This document shows positions 8,313 through 18,366 of a stretch of 30,021 bases of DNA, piece by piece. How positions within the stretch are numbered: position 1 is the stretch's first letter; each line of letters starts with the position of its first letter. A model generated the notes under the pieces. It did no database searches and was not told the DNA's origin. It saw only the letters and a list, made by a program, of their open reading frames with translations. The position numbers were made by a program, and so were the translations under genes. The stretch comes from a virus. Taxonomy: Duplodnaviria > Caudoviricetes. The stretch covers positions 1 through 30,021 of IMG/VR virus record IMGVR_UViG_3300020044_008144; one strand, given 5' to 3'.

Positions 8313-10083
8313 TGTAATGAATTGCATCTTTTCCAACCCATAGCCGCAGTTGCGATGTTCCGACATCCTTTGCGGCTGATTTACTTGGCCTCCATCCTCG
8401 TGATTGTCGCCCCTCAACGCCCTTGATTCCAACGCACAGCGATTGCGTCCCGGCCTCATCACGCCATGAAAGTCTTGATCCTGCCCATTTCTCCCATAGT
8501 CTTAGGTCGATAGATGGGTGGTAGCCTTCCGCACATTCCAGTAGTGTCGGCAGAACATTGACATTCATTCCTGTCCGGCAGAGGCTCGCGTGATTTTCCG
8601 TTTGCACGTTGTGCCTCCACATCGCGTGCCGCAGGTAATAGTATTTCGCCCCGAATTCACCCACGAGGTCCGCGTGCTGAAGCCTCCCAACCATTGTGCT
8701 GATGTAGTGCGGGTGATAGTAATCATCATCCTCAATCACAAACACGCATTCGCCGGTCACGTGCGGGACTGCTGCCCTGATATTGCGGCAAAGTGAATGC
8801 CTGTTGATTGGTGCCTCTCGGATGTATCGTTGGCCCATTGTTACCGTTGTCGGCTTCTTGCCGTCGTCCACGACAATCCACTGAATCTCTCCGGTGTAAT
8901 CCTGCTGGCTCATCCACCGCTCGCACAGTCTGAATGATCCTTGCCTGTCTCCGGTCGGTGTAATGATCGTTACTTTTGGCGGCTTGACGGTCGTTGTCTG
9001 TGTCCAGTCTTTAGCCATCCTGATATCTGTGATCTTTCGATTCTCGTATATTGCTGGGGTGTCTCCAGTGTGCTGACAGAGTGACGGATTGTGTGTCTTC
9101 AGGTCGAGCTTGAGTTCACGAGTTGCGGCCCGGATAAGTCGGTCAACGCAATCAGGCTTCGGCCATGTCTTGTAAACCTTTGTACTCATGATCTTTCGCA
9201 GTGTCGATCGTCGCATCATCATTGCCAGCGAGCCGACAAACGACGGTCCGCAATTGCTCCAGCCTTTTGCGTCCTGCTGACGTGGACCTGCCGTGTAGAG
9301 CGACAATACTTCATCTGTCACATTGAGCGTCCGCAAATAAAACGATGCGTGATCTGAGAACGCAACGTCATCTTCACAGAGTAGTAACCATTCAGAATCC
9401 ATCTTCACAAGTCGATCGCACATAGCCTTGAATGAGCCGATCGCACCTAGTTTCTCCTGCCACACGACGTCAGCGTCAAATCCTGTGCCGGGTTCAGCGA
9501 ATACAATCGGCTTTGGAAATCCTGCGTTCGTCAGGCTGGCAATCGTTTCTTCTAGTCGTGGATTCTTTCGCGGTGCCACCCGAATCGCCACAGTAAGCGA
9601 CGTGATGAAATTCAGCGGGAAGACTGACGGGGCAATAATTGACGGCGTGATAGACTCTTCAATCCACGCCAGAACGCGAGCCTTTGCATAATTTGGGGCG
9701 ATCTTTGCCCCCCATCGCTGCCACCATTTTGCGGCCCTTGTCTTTGCTCGCTCTACGATATTATCCGCAATCTGGCTTCGGTTTTCTCGAACCTTATCAG
9801 CCGTCATGAGGTTCAGTTTTGCGATTTCATCTCGACACTCGCCGCAAGGTGAAGCTCCGACCTCTCTTGTGATAATGTCTTTCAGCCGGTCTCCGACACC
9901 TGATGATTTGATGGGGTCAAACGGAGATGGATTAAGTTCAATATCATCTGCACTTACGCCTAGCCTCATAGCCAAAAGCTCTTTGCGGTCTTCCAGCGTG
10001 TGCCGCTTTCCGTTGGCTTTCTTATGGTCGCCAGTGCAGATTGCTTTCCAATGTCCCGGAAGATTGTCGCAGTCGATAATCAT
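8305..10083 (-). CDS. Protein with N-terminal C..C domain and two tandem GT-A (GT2-like) glycosyltransferase domains
   Basis: Domain 1: VAIRVAPR..LEETIASL..WLLLCEDD..PSLCQHTG. Domain 2: VTIITPTGDR..WIVVDDG..VFVIEDDDYYHPHYI. Confidence 0.8.
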   Translation of the reverse strand: MIIDCDNLPGHWKAICTGDHKKANGKRHTLEDRKELLAMRLGVSADDIELNPSPFDPIKSSGVGDRLKDIITREVGASPCGECRDEIAKLNLMTADKVRENRSQIADNIVERAKTRAAKWWQRWGAKIAPNYAKARVLAWIEESITPSIIAPSVFPLNFITSLTVAIRVAPRKNPRLEETIASLTNAGFPKPIVFAEPGTGFDADVVWQEKLGAIGSFKAMCDRLVKMDSEWLLLCEDDVAFSDHASFYLRTLNVTDEVLSLYTAGPRQQDAKGWSNCGPSFVGSLAMMMRRSTLRKIMSTKVYKTWPKPDCVDRLIRAATRELKLDLKTHNPSLCQHTGDTPAIYENRKITDIRMAKDWTQTTTVKPPKVTIITPTGDRQGSFRLCERWMSQQDYTGEIQWIVVDDGKKPTTVTMGQRYIREAPINRHSLCRNIRAAVPHVTGECVFVIEDDDYYHPHYISTMVGRLQHADLVGEFGAKYYYLRHAMWRHNVQTENHASLCRTGMNVNVLPTLLECAEGYHPSIDLRLWEKWAGSRLSWRDEAGTQSLCVGIKGVEGRQSRGWRPSKSAAKDVGTSQLRLWVGKDAIHYIT

Positions 10084-11789
10084 TCGCTGATCGTTATTCT
10101 GATTCTTGTGCTTGCAATGACAGATCCAGCACCGGCAACATAGCAGATTGGAATCGTGATTTCGTACTCTAGATATAGCGGATCACAGCAAGAAACACGG
10201 CGGTTCTGTGTTGCAAGTGCTGTGGAAATCGCACCGTCACCATTAGCCCCGTCTCGATAGTAGACGACAAGTGACATAAGCGGTCCCAGTGCCCCGCTAC
10301 CAGATCCGGAACCGCTGCCTGAGCCACCGTCTCCGCATGTTGAGTCTGCTGCCGATGATCCGCATGTCAGCAACATATTCACAATCGCTATTCGCGTCGG
10401 ATAGAATGGCGGATCAGGCAGGGTGCTTGCACATGTTCCTAGTTCCGGTGGAGTCGTACTTGTCAGGTCATAGGCAAACCATCGAGTGTTCGCTGCACCG
10501 TCGCAACTGGTCGCTATTCCCTCTTTGGTTAGTGTGACTGCGAATGACGCTGGCAAACCGCACGGGCAATCTGTTTCAAGAATCTCGACCGTTGCTGACA
10601 GTCCGTTCGGCATTTCTGAGCACAAAAGACCACAACACGGTGGGCCTTGCGGCGGAACCTCATCGCACGGGAATGCACAGTCCTCTTGTATGCACGCCCG
10701 AATAATGAACCACTCGACTGGATCGGTCCCATCAAGTGCCGTGCGACCAGCAAGTCCACCTGGTATTTTTGCAATAATGACACGGGTGCCAGCATCCAGC
10801 GTCGGGAGTCCATTGGCTTCAGCAATAACCTCATCAATCACTTCATCGGCAAACTCTGTGCATGGATCATCGTTTGGATCAATAATAGGCGGTGCCCAAA
10901 TCAGGACGCGATATGCACACCCTTCATGTGTGAACTCTATAACTGCCTCAAACCGGCAATCAATGCCAGATCCAGAACCAGATCCTGAGCCACTACCGGA
11001 ACCGCTTCCGGTACAACAGTAGCACGACTCAATTCCACCGGAAATCAGCGGTTCGCATGTGCATGTCTCATAAGGATTGCAGCACTTTATCGAAATTATT
11101 GTTGCCTGATTCCCGAACGCAAATGCTTCCCAGTCCTCAATATCCTCAAGCAAAGATCCCTCTGTAGACTGACAACTTAGCGTCAATCCCATCGGGTTAT
11201 TACCAAGTGCCGTCGATACTGGGTCGAGAAGGAATTCATCACAAGCCCGATATGATCCGCATCCGTCCGGAGTTACGGATACTATCCTTGCTCTGAGCTT
11301 CACATCCTTCAATGAGTTTCCGCAGCATCGGCATTCATTGCTTGGACCAAAAAGCGGGGTGGTGCTGGAGCTTCCGAGAACTCGCAGAATGTGCCATTGG
11401 CCGTCGATCTTGCCGACAATCACAGAAGATCCGAGGCTACCGCTAATTACATAGGTACAGTTAAGCTGGCAACCGTATGCTGTGATTCCGACACCCGGAT
11501 AGACCGGAGGAGTAGCAGGGAAAGGTCCGTCAGGAATTGGTCCATCATCAATAGGCGTTACCGTATCGCACTCTGTGATGTTAACGCCACCCCAATCATC
11601 AGCCCCAACTCCGGCTCCAGAATCACCCGAAACCTGTAATGGCCAATGTCTCCCGTCGATTAAAGAAAGGAGCATCTTTAACCCGGCAGGAATAATGTCA
11701 CCGGGAGCGTATGGCGGGCCAACGTATGTCACTGGAACAGTGCCACTTATGTCGGACCTGACACCGCAGTCATCAGTCACAGTAACCAT
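10080..11789 (-). CDS. Cys-rich putative tail tip/spike protein with GS linkers
   Basis: ~35 Cys in 569 aa (hand count); GS runs at 10965-11009 and 10293-10328; position at end of tail module. Confidence 0.65.
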   Translation of the reverse strand: MVTVTDDCGVRSDISGTVPVTYVGPPYAPGDIIPAGLKMLLSLIDGRHWPLQVSGDSGAGVGADDWGGVNITECDTVTPIDDGPIPDGPFPATPPVYPGVGITAYGCQLNCTYVISGSLGSSVIVGKIDGQWHILRVLGSSSTTPLFGPSNECRCCGNSLKDVKLRARIVSVTPDGCGSYRACDEFLLDPVSTALGNNPMGLTLSCQSTEGSLLEDIEDWEAFAFGNQATIISIKCCNPYETCTCEPLISGGIESCYCCTGSGSGSGSGSGSGSGIDCRFEAVIEFTHEGCAYRVLIWAPPIIDPNDDPCTEFADEVIDEVIAEANGLPTLDAGTRVIIAKIPGGLAGRTALDGTDPVEWFIIRACIQEDCAFPCDEVPPQGPPCCGLLCSEMPNGLSATVEILETDCPCGLPASFAVTLTKEGIATSCDGAANTRWFAYDLTSTTPPELGTCASTLPDPPFYPTRIAIVNMLLTCGSSAADSTCGDGGSGSGSGSGSGALGPLMSLVVYYRDGANGDGAISTALATQNRRVSCCDPLYLEYEITIPICYVAGAGSVIASTRIRITISE

Positions 11790-13420
11790 TACACACCGCT
11801 TCCTGATCCGTCACACTGAGGCGTGAGGTAGCGGTGTACTCGCTGAACACGGTAGGTTGAGCATGTCAGGCTGCACTGCTCAATGATAATCCCGTGACAA
11901 AGTTCTATCCCGCTTGATGATGGCGTTACCCATTCCCCTGTCATATTCGGCTGTCGACTACAGACTCTCGTGTAGGCGTCATAGCCCTCCGTCTTTGAAT
12001 TCCACGTCTGACGGATGACCATGTAATCGTCGAAGTACGTCTGCTGCCACGGCTGGACACCAGCGAACGTGTAATCGAACTGCCGGTAGAACTGATAGAA
12101 GTAATCCCGGCCAAGCTGATCCTGCATTCCAGTCGGCGGGGCCTCATTGAACTCGGTACGCCAGATTGCTGTAACGGCGGCTGTCTTGTACTTGCCTGTC
12201 TCGGGTGTCTTATTGACGTAGGTTCCGGCAACAGTCTGGATATCAACTGCTGATGGCGTTGATGCGTATGCCGTGTAGTTCTGAACGGTCCCATATGAGG
12301 AACTGACACCACCAGCAACAATGAACGGTTTTCCGACGTTATAGTCACCCGCTGATGCGTTTGGCGTGGCATTTGTTGCACTAACCCATGTGCATTCACG
12401 CAAGCCGAGCTTACCTTCAATAGCGTTATCAAAAACTGAAATTGAATTCAGCCCATCAATTAACGCCCACCGTGTTTCGCCTCCGGGGGCAGTCGTAAAC
12501 TCAATCTGGTTATATTTGCCTGTGACGGTGTTATAGCTCCCAATATCAGCTACGAGCCTCTGGCCGTAATGTGTCAGAATACTATCCAGCACAATGGGCA
12601 GATTCTCGTAATCATTGTTTGTAATGCAGGATGGGATTAGCGTGTGGGCAGAGTTCACACCAACATTGATGTAGTCAACGCCCAACTGGTCTAGTAGCAG
12701 TTCAGCCGCATCATTCGGGTCCGTAATTACTGAATCAGAAACAGTCACCGAAAGATCGGCAGTGTGTGCGAACTGCCAATAATATCGCTCATCAACGACG
12801 GGGATCAGCCATAGCTTATTGATTGAAGTGTCATCGGATGTAGGAGACAACTGCCGAGGCGGAAGAACTGCAACCGTTAAAGTGATTGCGTGCTCATGTT
12901 CCTGCCTACCCGTGATCGGAGAACCAAATATCAGATTGAGGTTTGTTGAGCCGTTATTGCAGGCTGTGTAGATGGCGTTCTTTCGCTCATCGTCAGCCAA
13001 AAGTAGACAATAGCTCCAGCGAGTTGCCCCGGTTGGAATTACAAGCTGATTGATCTTTGGCGTCGGAAGCGGCTCGTAGTTGTGAAGGATGCAGCCGTTT
13101 CCGCGATTGATAGCTACGGCAGCATTCTGGCAGAGCAGGCGTGACAGTGATTGCGTGTGGTATCGCTCTACGAAATCATCGTAGATACCTTCCGGATCTT
13201 GTAGTAGCGTGTGGATGTATTCTGTCGGCAGTGGCTGAATCAGGGAGCAAGTTCCGGTTGCGGTGTCGCCCGGTGTTGTTCCGCTAGTAGTCGGCTGAAC
13301 TGGTGATCCGTTCGTGCAGCTATTGGTTGTCAGCGACCATGCAGATCCTGACCACGTCCACAGGCTTGTACCTTGCCCAACGTCTTCGGTCCCTGTTAGG
13401 TTTGCCAGTGCGATCGTCAT
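11789..13420 (-). CDS. Putative tail tip/baseplate hub protein
   Basis: 543-aa Thr-rich ORF in tail module, TAATG-coupled to next gene; function from position only. Confidence 0.55.
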   Translation of the reverse strand: MTIALANLTGTEDVGQGTSLWTWSGSAWSLTTNSCTNGSPVQPTTSGTTPGDTATGTCSLIQPLPTEYIHTLLQDPEGIYDDFVERYHTQSLSRLLCQNAAVAINRGNGCILHNYEPLPTPKINQLVIPTGATRWSYCLLLADDERKNAIYTACNNGSTNLNLIFGSPITGRQEHEHAITLTVAVLPPRQLSPTSDDTSINKLWLIPVVDERYYWQFAHTADLSVTVSDSVITDPNDAAELLLDQLGVDYINVGVNSAHTLIPSCITNNDYENLPIVLDSILTHYGQRLVADIGSYNTVTGKYNQIEFTTAPGGETRWALIDGLNSISVFDNAIEGKLGLRECTWVSATNATPNASAGDYNVGKPFIVAGGVSSSYGTVQNYTAYASTPSAVDIQTVAGTYVNKTPETGKYKTAAVTAIWRTEFNEAPPTGMQDQLGRDYFYQFYRQFDYTFAGVQPWQQTYFDDYMVIRQTWNSKTEGYDAYTRVCSRQPNMTGEWVTPSSSGIELCHGIIIEQCSLTCSTYRVQRVHRYLTPQCDGSGSGV

Positions 13421-13432
13421 CCGTGCCTCTCA

Positions 13433-13966
13433 TTACGCGGTCAGATCCCAGTGGAAATCAGTTCCAAAAGTGACCGTCAAAACAGCCTTTGCCATGTCGC
13501 CGGTGGGAGTCTTTCCAAATACACCGTCAGTTGATCGTGTTGCCTCAGTGTCATTCATGACATACAGGCATTGCGTCAGAATTGGGTCATACGCGACATT
13601 GATTCCCGGCAACAGGGAACCAAGCATAGCAGAGAGGATGTCGCGTTCAAGGTCAAACAACCCTGTAGACTCGGTTAATAGTGCGTCTTTGTCGGTCCCT
13701 TGCCGATCAGTCCGGCAGGCGTGCCATACGCTAACCGCCATCGTGCCCTGATACGGGACCACATTCTGTCCGGCGGCAGCTTGTTCGTTGTAGGAGAACT
13801 GACCAGACAACGAAACAGTCAGCAGGTCGTGATCGTTGACGTTAGGCGGCAAGTCGCTGCCACTCATCACGAATACGCGATGCTTGTACTTAGTGTTAGA
13901 AGTCTCCAGCAAAGCTACTGCCCGCTGGAGAACTTCCCGTTTCGTTGTATGGCGGATCGCTCCCAT
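13433..13966 (-). CDS. Putative tail completion/terminator-like protein
   Basis: ATG at 13966 overlaps upstream TGA; size and alpha/beta pattern (GLFDLERDILSAMLG) resemble tail-completion proteins. Confidence 0.5.
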   Translation of the reverse strand: MGAIRHTTKREVLQRAVALLETSNTKYKHRVFVMSGSDLPPNVNDHDLLTVSLSGQFSYNEQAAAGQNVVPYQGTMAVSVWHACRTDRQGTDKDALLTESTGLFDLERDILSAMLGSLLPGINVAYDPILTQCLYVMNDTEATRSTDGVFGKTPTGDMAKAVLTVTFGTDFHWDLTA

Positions 13967-14508
13967 CACACCCTCAGATTGCTGGCAAAATCTTCGCACC
14001 AGTCGACAAGTGCCTGCTTTGCCATCGTGATTGATGCGGTAGGCACTTGAGGAATTGCAGCATAGGCTGAGGTGATCGTCAGCGTTCCGACTGGAGAACC
14101 TCCCGTCATTCCAGCAACCGACCGTGAGACGGTGATGTCTTCTTCCATCCCAAAGAACGTAATCGTATGGGTGAAGTTTGGCGTCGTTCCGCTTGCTGTG
14201 ACAGTCGTCAGGCTGAAGCCAGTACCCGTCAGAGCACGAATTGCAGTCTGAACCGTTGCGGCGGCTGCGTTGTATGCAAGCGTGATGGTCTGCGTTGCGT
14301 ATCTCGTTCCGGTGAACGTCAGCGTGTACGTTCCGCCGGTCGGGGTTCCGCTGATTGCGAACGTCTGAGCTTTTACCTGCCCGCTGTCGGCAGTCGTCTT
14401 GAACGTGTCGATCGCTGTCATCAGCGTATCGACAGCGGTTCTCAGGGTAGTTTTTGCAGCAGTCGCTGGAGCGTGTGCGAATGCGGTCGTTGGTGTCATG
14501 TCAGCCAT
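13966..14508 (-). CDS. Virion structural protein with 'TGGTYTLTF...LAYNA.AA.VQ.A' domain
   Basis: Motif recognised from phage tail/decoration proteins; AAAGGA RBS. Confidence 0.7.
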   Translation of the reverse strand: MADMTPTTAFAHAPATAAKTTLRTAVDTLMTAIDTFKTTADSGQVKAQTFAISGTPTGGTYTLTFTGTRYATQTITLAYNAAAATVQTAIRALTGTGFSLTTVTASGTTPNFTHTITFFGMEEDITVSRSVAGMTGGSPVGTLTITSAYAAIPQVPTASITMAKQALVDWCEDFASNLRV

Positions 14509-14523
14509 TGAAGGAATCCTTTC

Positions 14524-16635
14524 CTATGTGTTCCACGTCGTCCCAAGTGTTGAGGCAACAAAGATGTCTGAAAGAGCGAAGTTGTATTTGGTCGTGTCGG
14601 TTAAAGAGTCAACCGTTCCGCCTGAAGTTGTCGGCTGGATGTAATCTGGAATCCCGAAACGATGCTTTGCAGGCTCTAAGTCCTGCGAATAGTCAAGATC
14701 CAAGTAAGAAGTATACATCAGTGATTGACCATCCGCCACAGGGGCTGGATTCAGATGCTGGACCTTCGAGGAAATCAGGGTATTTGTAACCAGTTGGCTT
14801 CCACCTCCCGGAACGTACGCAGATGACTCAGTGAACGATGCGACGGGTTCCGGAAGTCTCGGTGGGCTTCCAACACGTTCCGCCTCAATCCGGATCTTTC
14901 GCGTCGGCTGTCTCGGCCCGATGGAAACCAGAACATTCGACTTGATGTTGTAGCCGTAGGTCTGAGCAACCGGCAGCGGGATATTCAGCGTCTGAAGGCC
15001 GTAACTGGTCGTGATATTGTAGTGGCTGTAAAAGAACGTAGCGTGCTGAGTGCTGTACGTTGCCAGAACAGGGCCGTTTGCCACGTTATCATTAATCTCG
15101 ACCGTGACGGCGGCTGGGTAAGCCTGATACATTGATTCTGTGTCGTAGTCTGGCTGTGACTCTTCCAAGTCGTCAATCCGTCGAATTCGCTGTGTTACTT
15201 CCTCACTGGTTGATACTGCACCTGATGCCCCGAACGTCGTCGTGCAGGGAGTCGTCAGGAATGTGTGCAGGATACTGATAGCCGGAATCCCGCCCTCTGT
15301 GTCGGGCTGTTCTCCGAGTCGATTCCCGCGAGATAGGACGTTATTGTAGGTCGATAGTAATGCGGCAACATTGCTTCGAACTGGACGCCAGCAGAGACTG
15401 CGTGACATCGTCTGTGCCCTATTGAGGGCGTTTGGATTTGCCTGGTCGATCGCGTGCCGTTCACCGGATACAACCAAGGTCATTGAGTGATTCTGGTCTG
15501 TCCCCTGCTCGGATGTGTAATCCCATCGCCTGATTAGACACGCTGCCAGTGTGTTTTTCACTAACGCCTGATCGAGATAGAGCCGTTGTTCGACAATTGC
15601 ATGTCCCAATTGCATCAGGTCGTACAGTCGGCAATTCCTGTCACCTGACATTGTCACTCGGACGGTAAAGTGTACCTTGGACCCAAATTCCAGAGCAGAC
15701 TCATTGTGCGAGATGTGAATGTTTCTGGCGGGGTCAGGGGCAGTGACCGTAACTTCTTCATCCGTAACGCTGTATCGCAGTGTCAGGTTATCCTCTGACG
15801 CCACATACTCGATTGCCTTACGCATCATCCCCGGAACGATTGGCGGGACCGTGATTGCCCTGAAGTCGTTAGGGTTCCAGTTTGGATTAGCGAGCGAAAC
15901 GCTACCCGTGTAGGTTCGCGTCGTGTATCCGTTATCATTGATTCTGTCGATGCAAGACCACCGATGACCAAGAACTCCGAACTGACGTTGCGTATTGGTG
16001 AAGTCTATGTCTTCTGGAAGAACAGACTGTGAATCCAATGGTGAATTTGGGTTGATTGAGTCACCATCAACCACATAGCTATTATTAATACACTGAGGAA
16101 TCGTCGCAAACTCAACAGAGAACTCCACTTTCCAGACGTGGTTGTTTGCTACGTGCGTGACGTTCACTTCGACAGGGTACGGACCACCATGAACATCGTT
16201 TCTTGTGTTCATCTCAACGACAGCATCGACATTATCGACCAGATCAGATTTGGCAGGCTCAATAACAAAAAGAGGGGTGCCGATTGCCGGGTCAAGGAAC
16301 GGGGCGTTTGCTCCAAGTTGAATCTGATTCTGAACAGATCCGGTGCAGAGTGTTGAGTAGATCAGTCTGCGTCGTGGCATCTCAAGGAACTGCCGGAGTG
16401 CCGAAAACTGCTGAGACGAACCTTTATCCCGCCCGTTGCCGGGATATTCGGAGAACTGAGGCTTGATGCCAAGTGTTGCATGATCGTCGAGCGTGAAGTA
16501 GCCGACCACCTTGAGCTTCGTCTTGGTGAACTTGTAGTTGCGAGCGTCATCGAGTTCTGGCGTCTCGATAAAACTCAATGTCTGGCAGTTCTGAAGACGA
16601 ACGCCGTTATATTGCAGGATCGTTTGAGTTGTCAT
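14524..16635 (-). CDS. Putative distal tail/tail-tip protein
   Basis: 703-aa beta-rich ORF immediately after the tape-measure candidate (ATGA overlap). Confidence 0.55.
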   Translation of the reverse strand: MTTQTILQYNGVRLQNCQTLSFIETPELDDARNYKFTKTKLKVVGYFTLDDHATLGIKPQFSEYPGNGRDKGSSQQFSALRQFLEMPRRRLIYSTLCTGSVQNQIQLGANAPFLDPAIGTPLFVIEPAKSDLVDNVDAVVEMNTRNDVHGGPYPVEVNVTHVANNHVWKVEFSVEFATIPQCINNSYVVDGDSINPNSPLDSQSVLPEDIDFTNTQRQFGVLGHRWSCIDRINDNGYTTRTYTGSVSLANPNWNPNDFRAITVPPIVPGMMRKAIEYVASEDNLTLRYSVTDEEVTVTAPDPARNIHISHNESALEFGSKVHFTVRVTMSGDRNCRLYDLMQLGHAIVEQRLYLDQALVKNTLAACLIRRWDYTSEQGTDQNHSMTLVVSGERHAIDQANPNALNRAQTMSRSLCWRPVRSNVAALLSTYNNVLSRGNRLGEQPDTEGGIPAISILHTFLTTPCTTTFGASGAVSTSEEVTQRIRRIDDLEESQPDYDTESMYQAYPAAVTVEINDNVANGPVLATYSTQHATFFYSHYNITTSYGLQTLNIPLPVAQTYGYNIKSNVLVSIGPRQPTRKIRIEAERVGSPPRLPEPVASFTESSAYVPGGGSQLVTNTLISSKVQHLNPAPVADGQSLMYTSYLDLDYSQDLEPAKHRFGIPDYIQPTTSGGTVDSLTDTTKYNFALSDIFVASTLGTTWNT

Positions 16636-18365
16636 CGCCCTGCCCCGTTAGGATTTACCGGCTGTCGCGGTCGATTCTGTAACCTGCGAGCTATGTCGAT
16701 TGCATCTGGAGCATTCATGCCGAACTGCTGATTGAACTCCTGCCAAGGCTGTGCGTTGCCCTGTCCGGGGTTCAAGAATCTATCTGCCGCATTTAATATT
16801 CCAGCTTCACCCTGATCGCCTGGAATCATCATAAGCAGTGAGGCGTGAACCTTCATCGAATATCCGATGATAGTGTTGAGTTGTTCAACAATTTGTGCCA
16901 TTGCGAAGTCAATTGCACCGCCCAGAATACTCGATGCGTTCGTTCCCATCGTCTGCCACGGGGCTATTGCATTTTCCAGCCTGTTTCTTTGGCCAACGTG
17001 GAATGCTCCGAATCCCTCATTGCGTGCGGCAAGTTCAAACTTCCGCATCGTCCGGCCATATTCGAGCATGGCGTTAGCGTGGGAAAGTCCGACATTGTAT
17101 TCGGCAAGTGCAAGCGTCGTGTGCAGTGCTGCTGACGAGAACTTGTGGAGCGATGAGATTGTGGACGTAATAGCCTTCGTGAACATCATGGCGGCTGTTC
17201 CGATGATCGGAATAGCTTTTGCAACGATGCCGATGGCTAACGCAGGGCCAGCGACTGCTCCAAATCTTGCGGCGGTTAATGCTGGGATTCCAAAACGCTG
17301 GGCTAGACCGGCCATCGCGTTCGTGCCGAATCTCGCTGCGGTCGTCCTCCATCGAGAGGGGACCATGTTTGTGATCCCATTCAGGACCGGCCTGAGTCGT
17401 GCTGCAATCCGTGTAGCAGTGGCCATTCCACCGCGTCTGCCTCTGCCGCGTGAAAAGAATGACCGGATGCGTGCGAATCGTCCCTGCGGTTGTGCTGGAT
17501 TAGTGCCAGATGCCCCGTCAGTCGCTTCTGTTAATCGGTCGATGGATCGTCTCAGGTGTTCCTGTGCTTCGATCGTGGCTGCTTCCGTCTCTCGTGGGAC
17601 GTTGAAGTAGTCGGCAATCGTGTCCATCAGGTTCGCAGCGTGACCGGCTGGACCGTTTGGCACGTTCATGTTGTTGTTGCCGCCGATGATGTTTGTCGCA
17701 TTCATCGTCAGGCGTGACATGATGTTTGCCAGATCACCGAAGTCTATGCCTAGCAATCTGCGTAGATACTCCAGCAGCATCCGCTGGATATTATTGTCGT
17801 CATCGTCCGGTGGTTCGGGCGGATCGGGTGGGCCGTTGCCCGGAGGTGCCGGTGGGATATTCCCATTGGCAGCAGCAGTTGCGGTCGCGGTGTTTGCGAT
17901 ATCCTCAACGATCCTGCGTGCTTCTTCTGCGTGGCGAGATGCACGATCCGGCGATGGAGTTGGAACAGCATCGCCGTGTTCATCTACTTCGTAGTCTTCA
18001 ATAGTGTCTTGGCGAAGAGCGGGCGGGATATACCTTGGCGGATTATTCAGGTCCGGAATGTCGTCCATATTCACGGACGGCTGGAACGTATGCCCCGGAA
18101 GAACATTGCCGGAAATATTGCTTGCTGCTTGAGCTTCGCTGGCAGTATCGCCTCGCGATCGTGAACTGGATGAAGTTCTGCGTGTGGCGTTTGTTATCGT
18201 CGGTGCGATCCGCTCAACGACAGCGTCTGCAATAACGCCGGTGAACTGCTCGGTCGTCTGCGTGACGTTCTGCTGCCATTGCTGGTTGTCACCACCTGAC
18301 GTTACCGCTTGGCTTAGCCCGCTAATGGCGTCTGCGATTGGGTCTGTCAATGGTCGTCTTGCCAT
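16632..18365 (-). CDS. Short tape measure-like protein
   Basis: Starts 1 nt after the frameshifted chaperone stop; Ala/Gly-rich helical C-half with hydrophobic segment. Confidence 0.6.
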   Translation of the reverse strand: MARRPLTDPIADAISGLSQAVTSGGDNQQWQQNVTQTTEQFTGVIADAVVERIAPTITNATRRTSSSSRSRGDTASEAQAASNISGNVLPGHTFQPSVNMDDIPDLNNPPRYIPPALRQDTIEDYEVDEHGDAVPTPSPDRASRHAEEARRIVEDIANTATATAAANGNIPPAPPGNGPPDPPEPPDDDDNNIQRMLLEYLRRLLGIDFGDLANIMSRLTMNATNIIGGNNNMNVPNGPAGHAANLMDTIADYFNVPRETEAATIEAQEHLRRSIDRLTEATDGASGTNPAQPQGRFARIRSFFSRGRGRRGGMATATRIAARLRPVLNGITNMVPSRWRTTAARFGTNAMAGLAQRFGIPALTAARFGAVAGPALAIGIVAKAIPIIGTAAMMFTKAITSTISSLHKFSSAALHTTLALAEYNVGLSHANAMLEYGRTMRKFELAARNEGFGAFHVGQRNRLENAIAPWQTMGTNASSILGGAIDFAMAQIVEQLNTIIGYSMKVHASLLMMIPGDQGEAGILNAADRFLNPGQGNAQPWQEFNQQFGMNAPDAIDIARRLQNRPRQPVNPNGAGR

Positions 18366-18366
18366 G

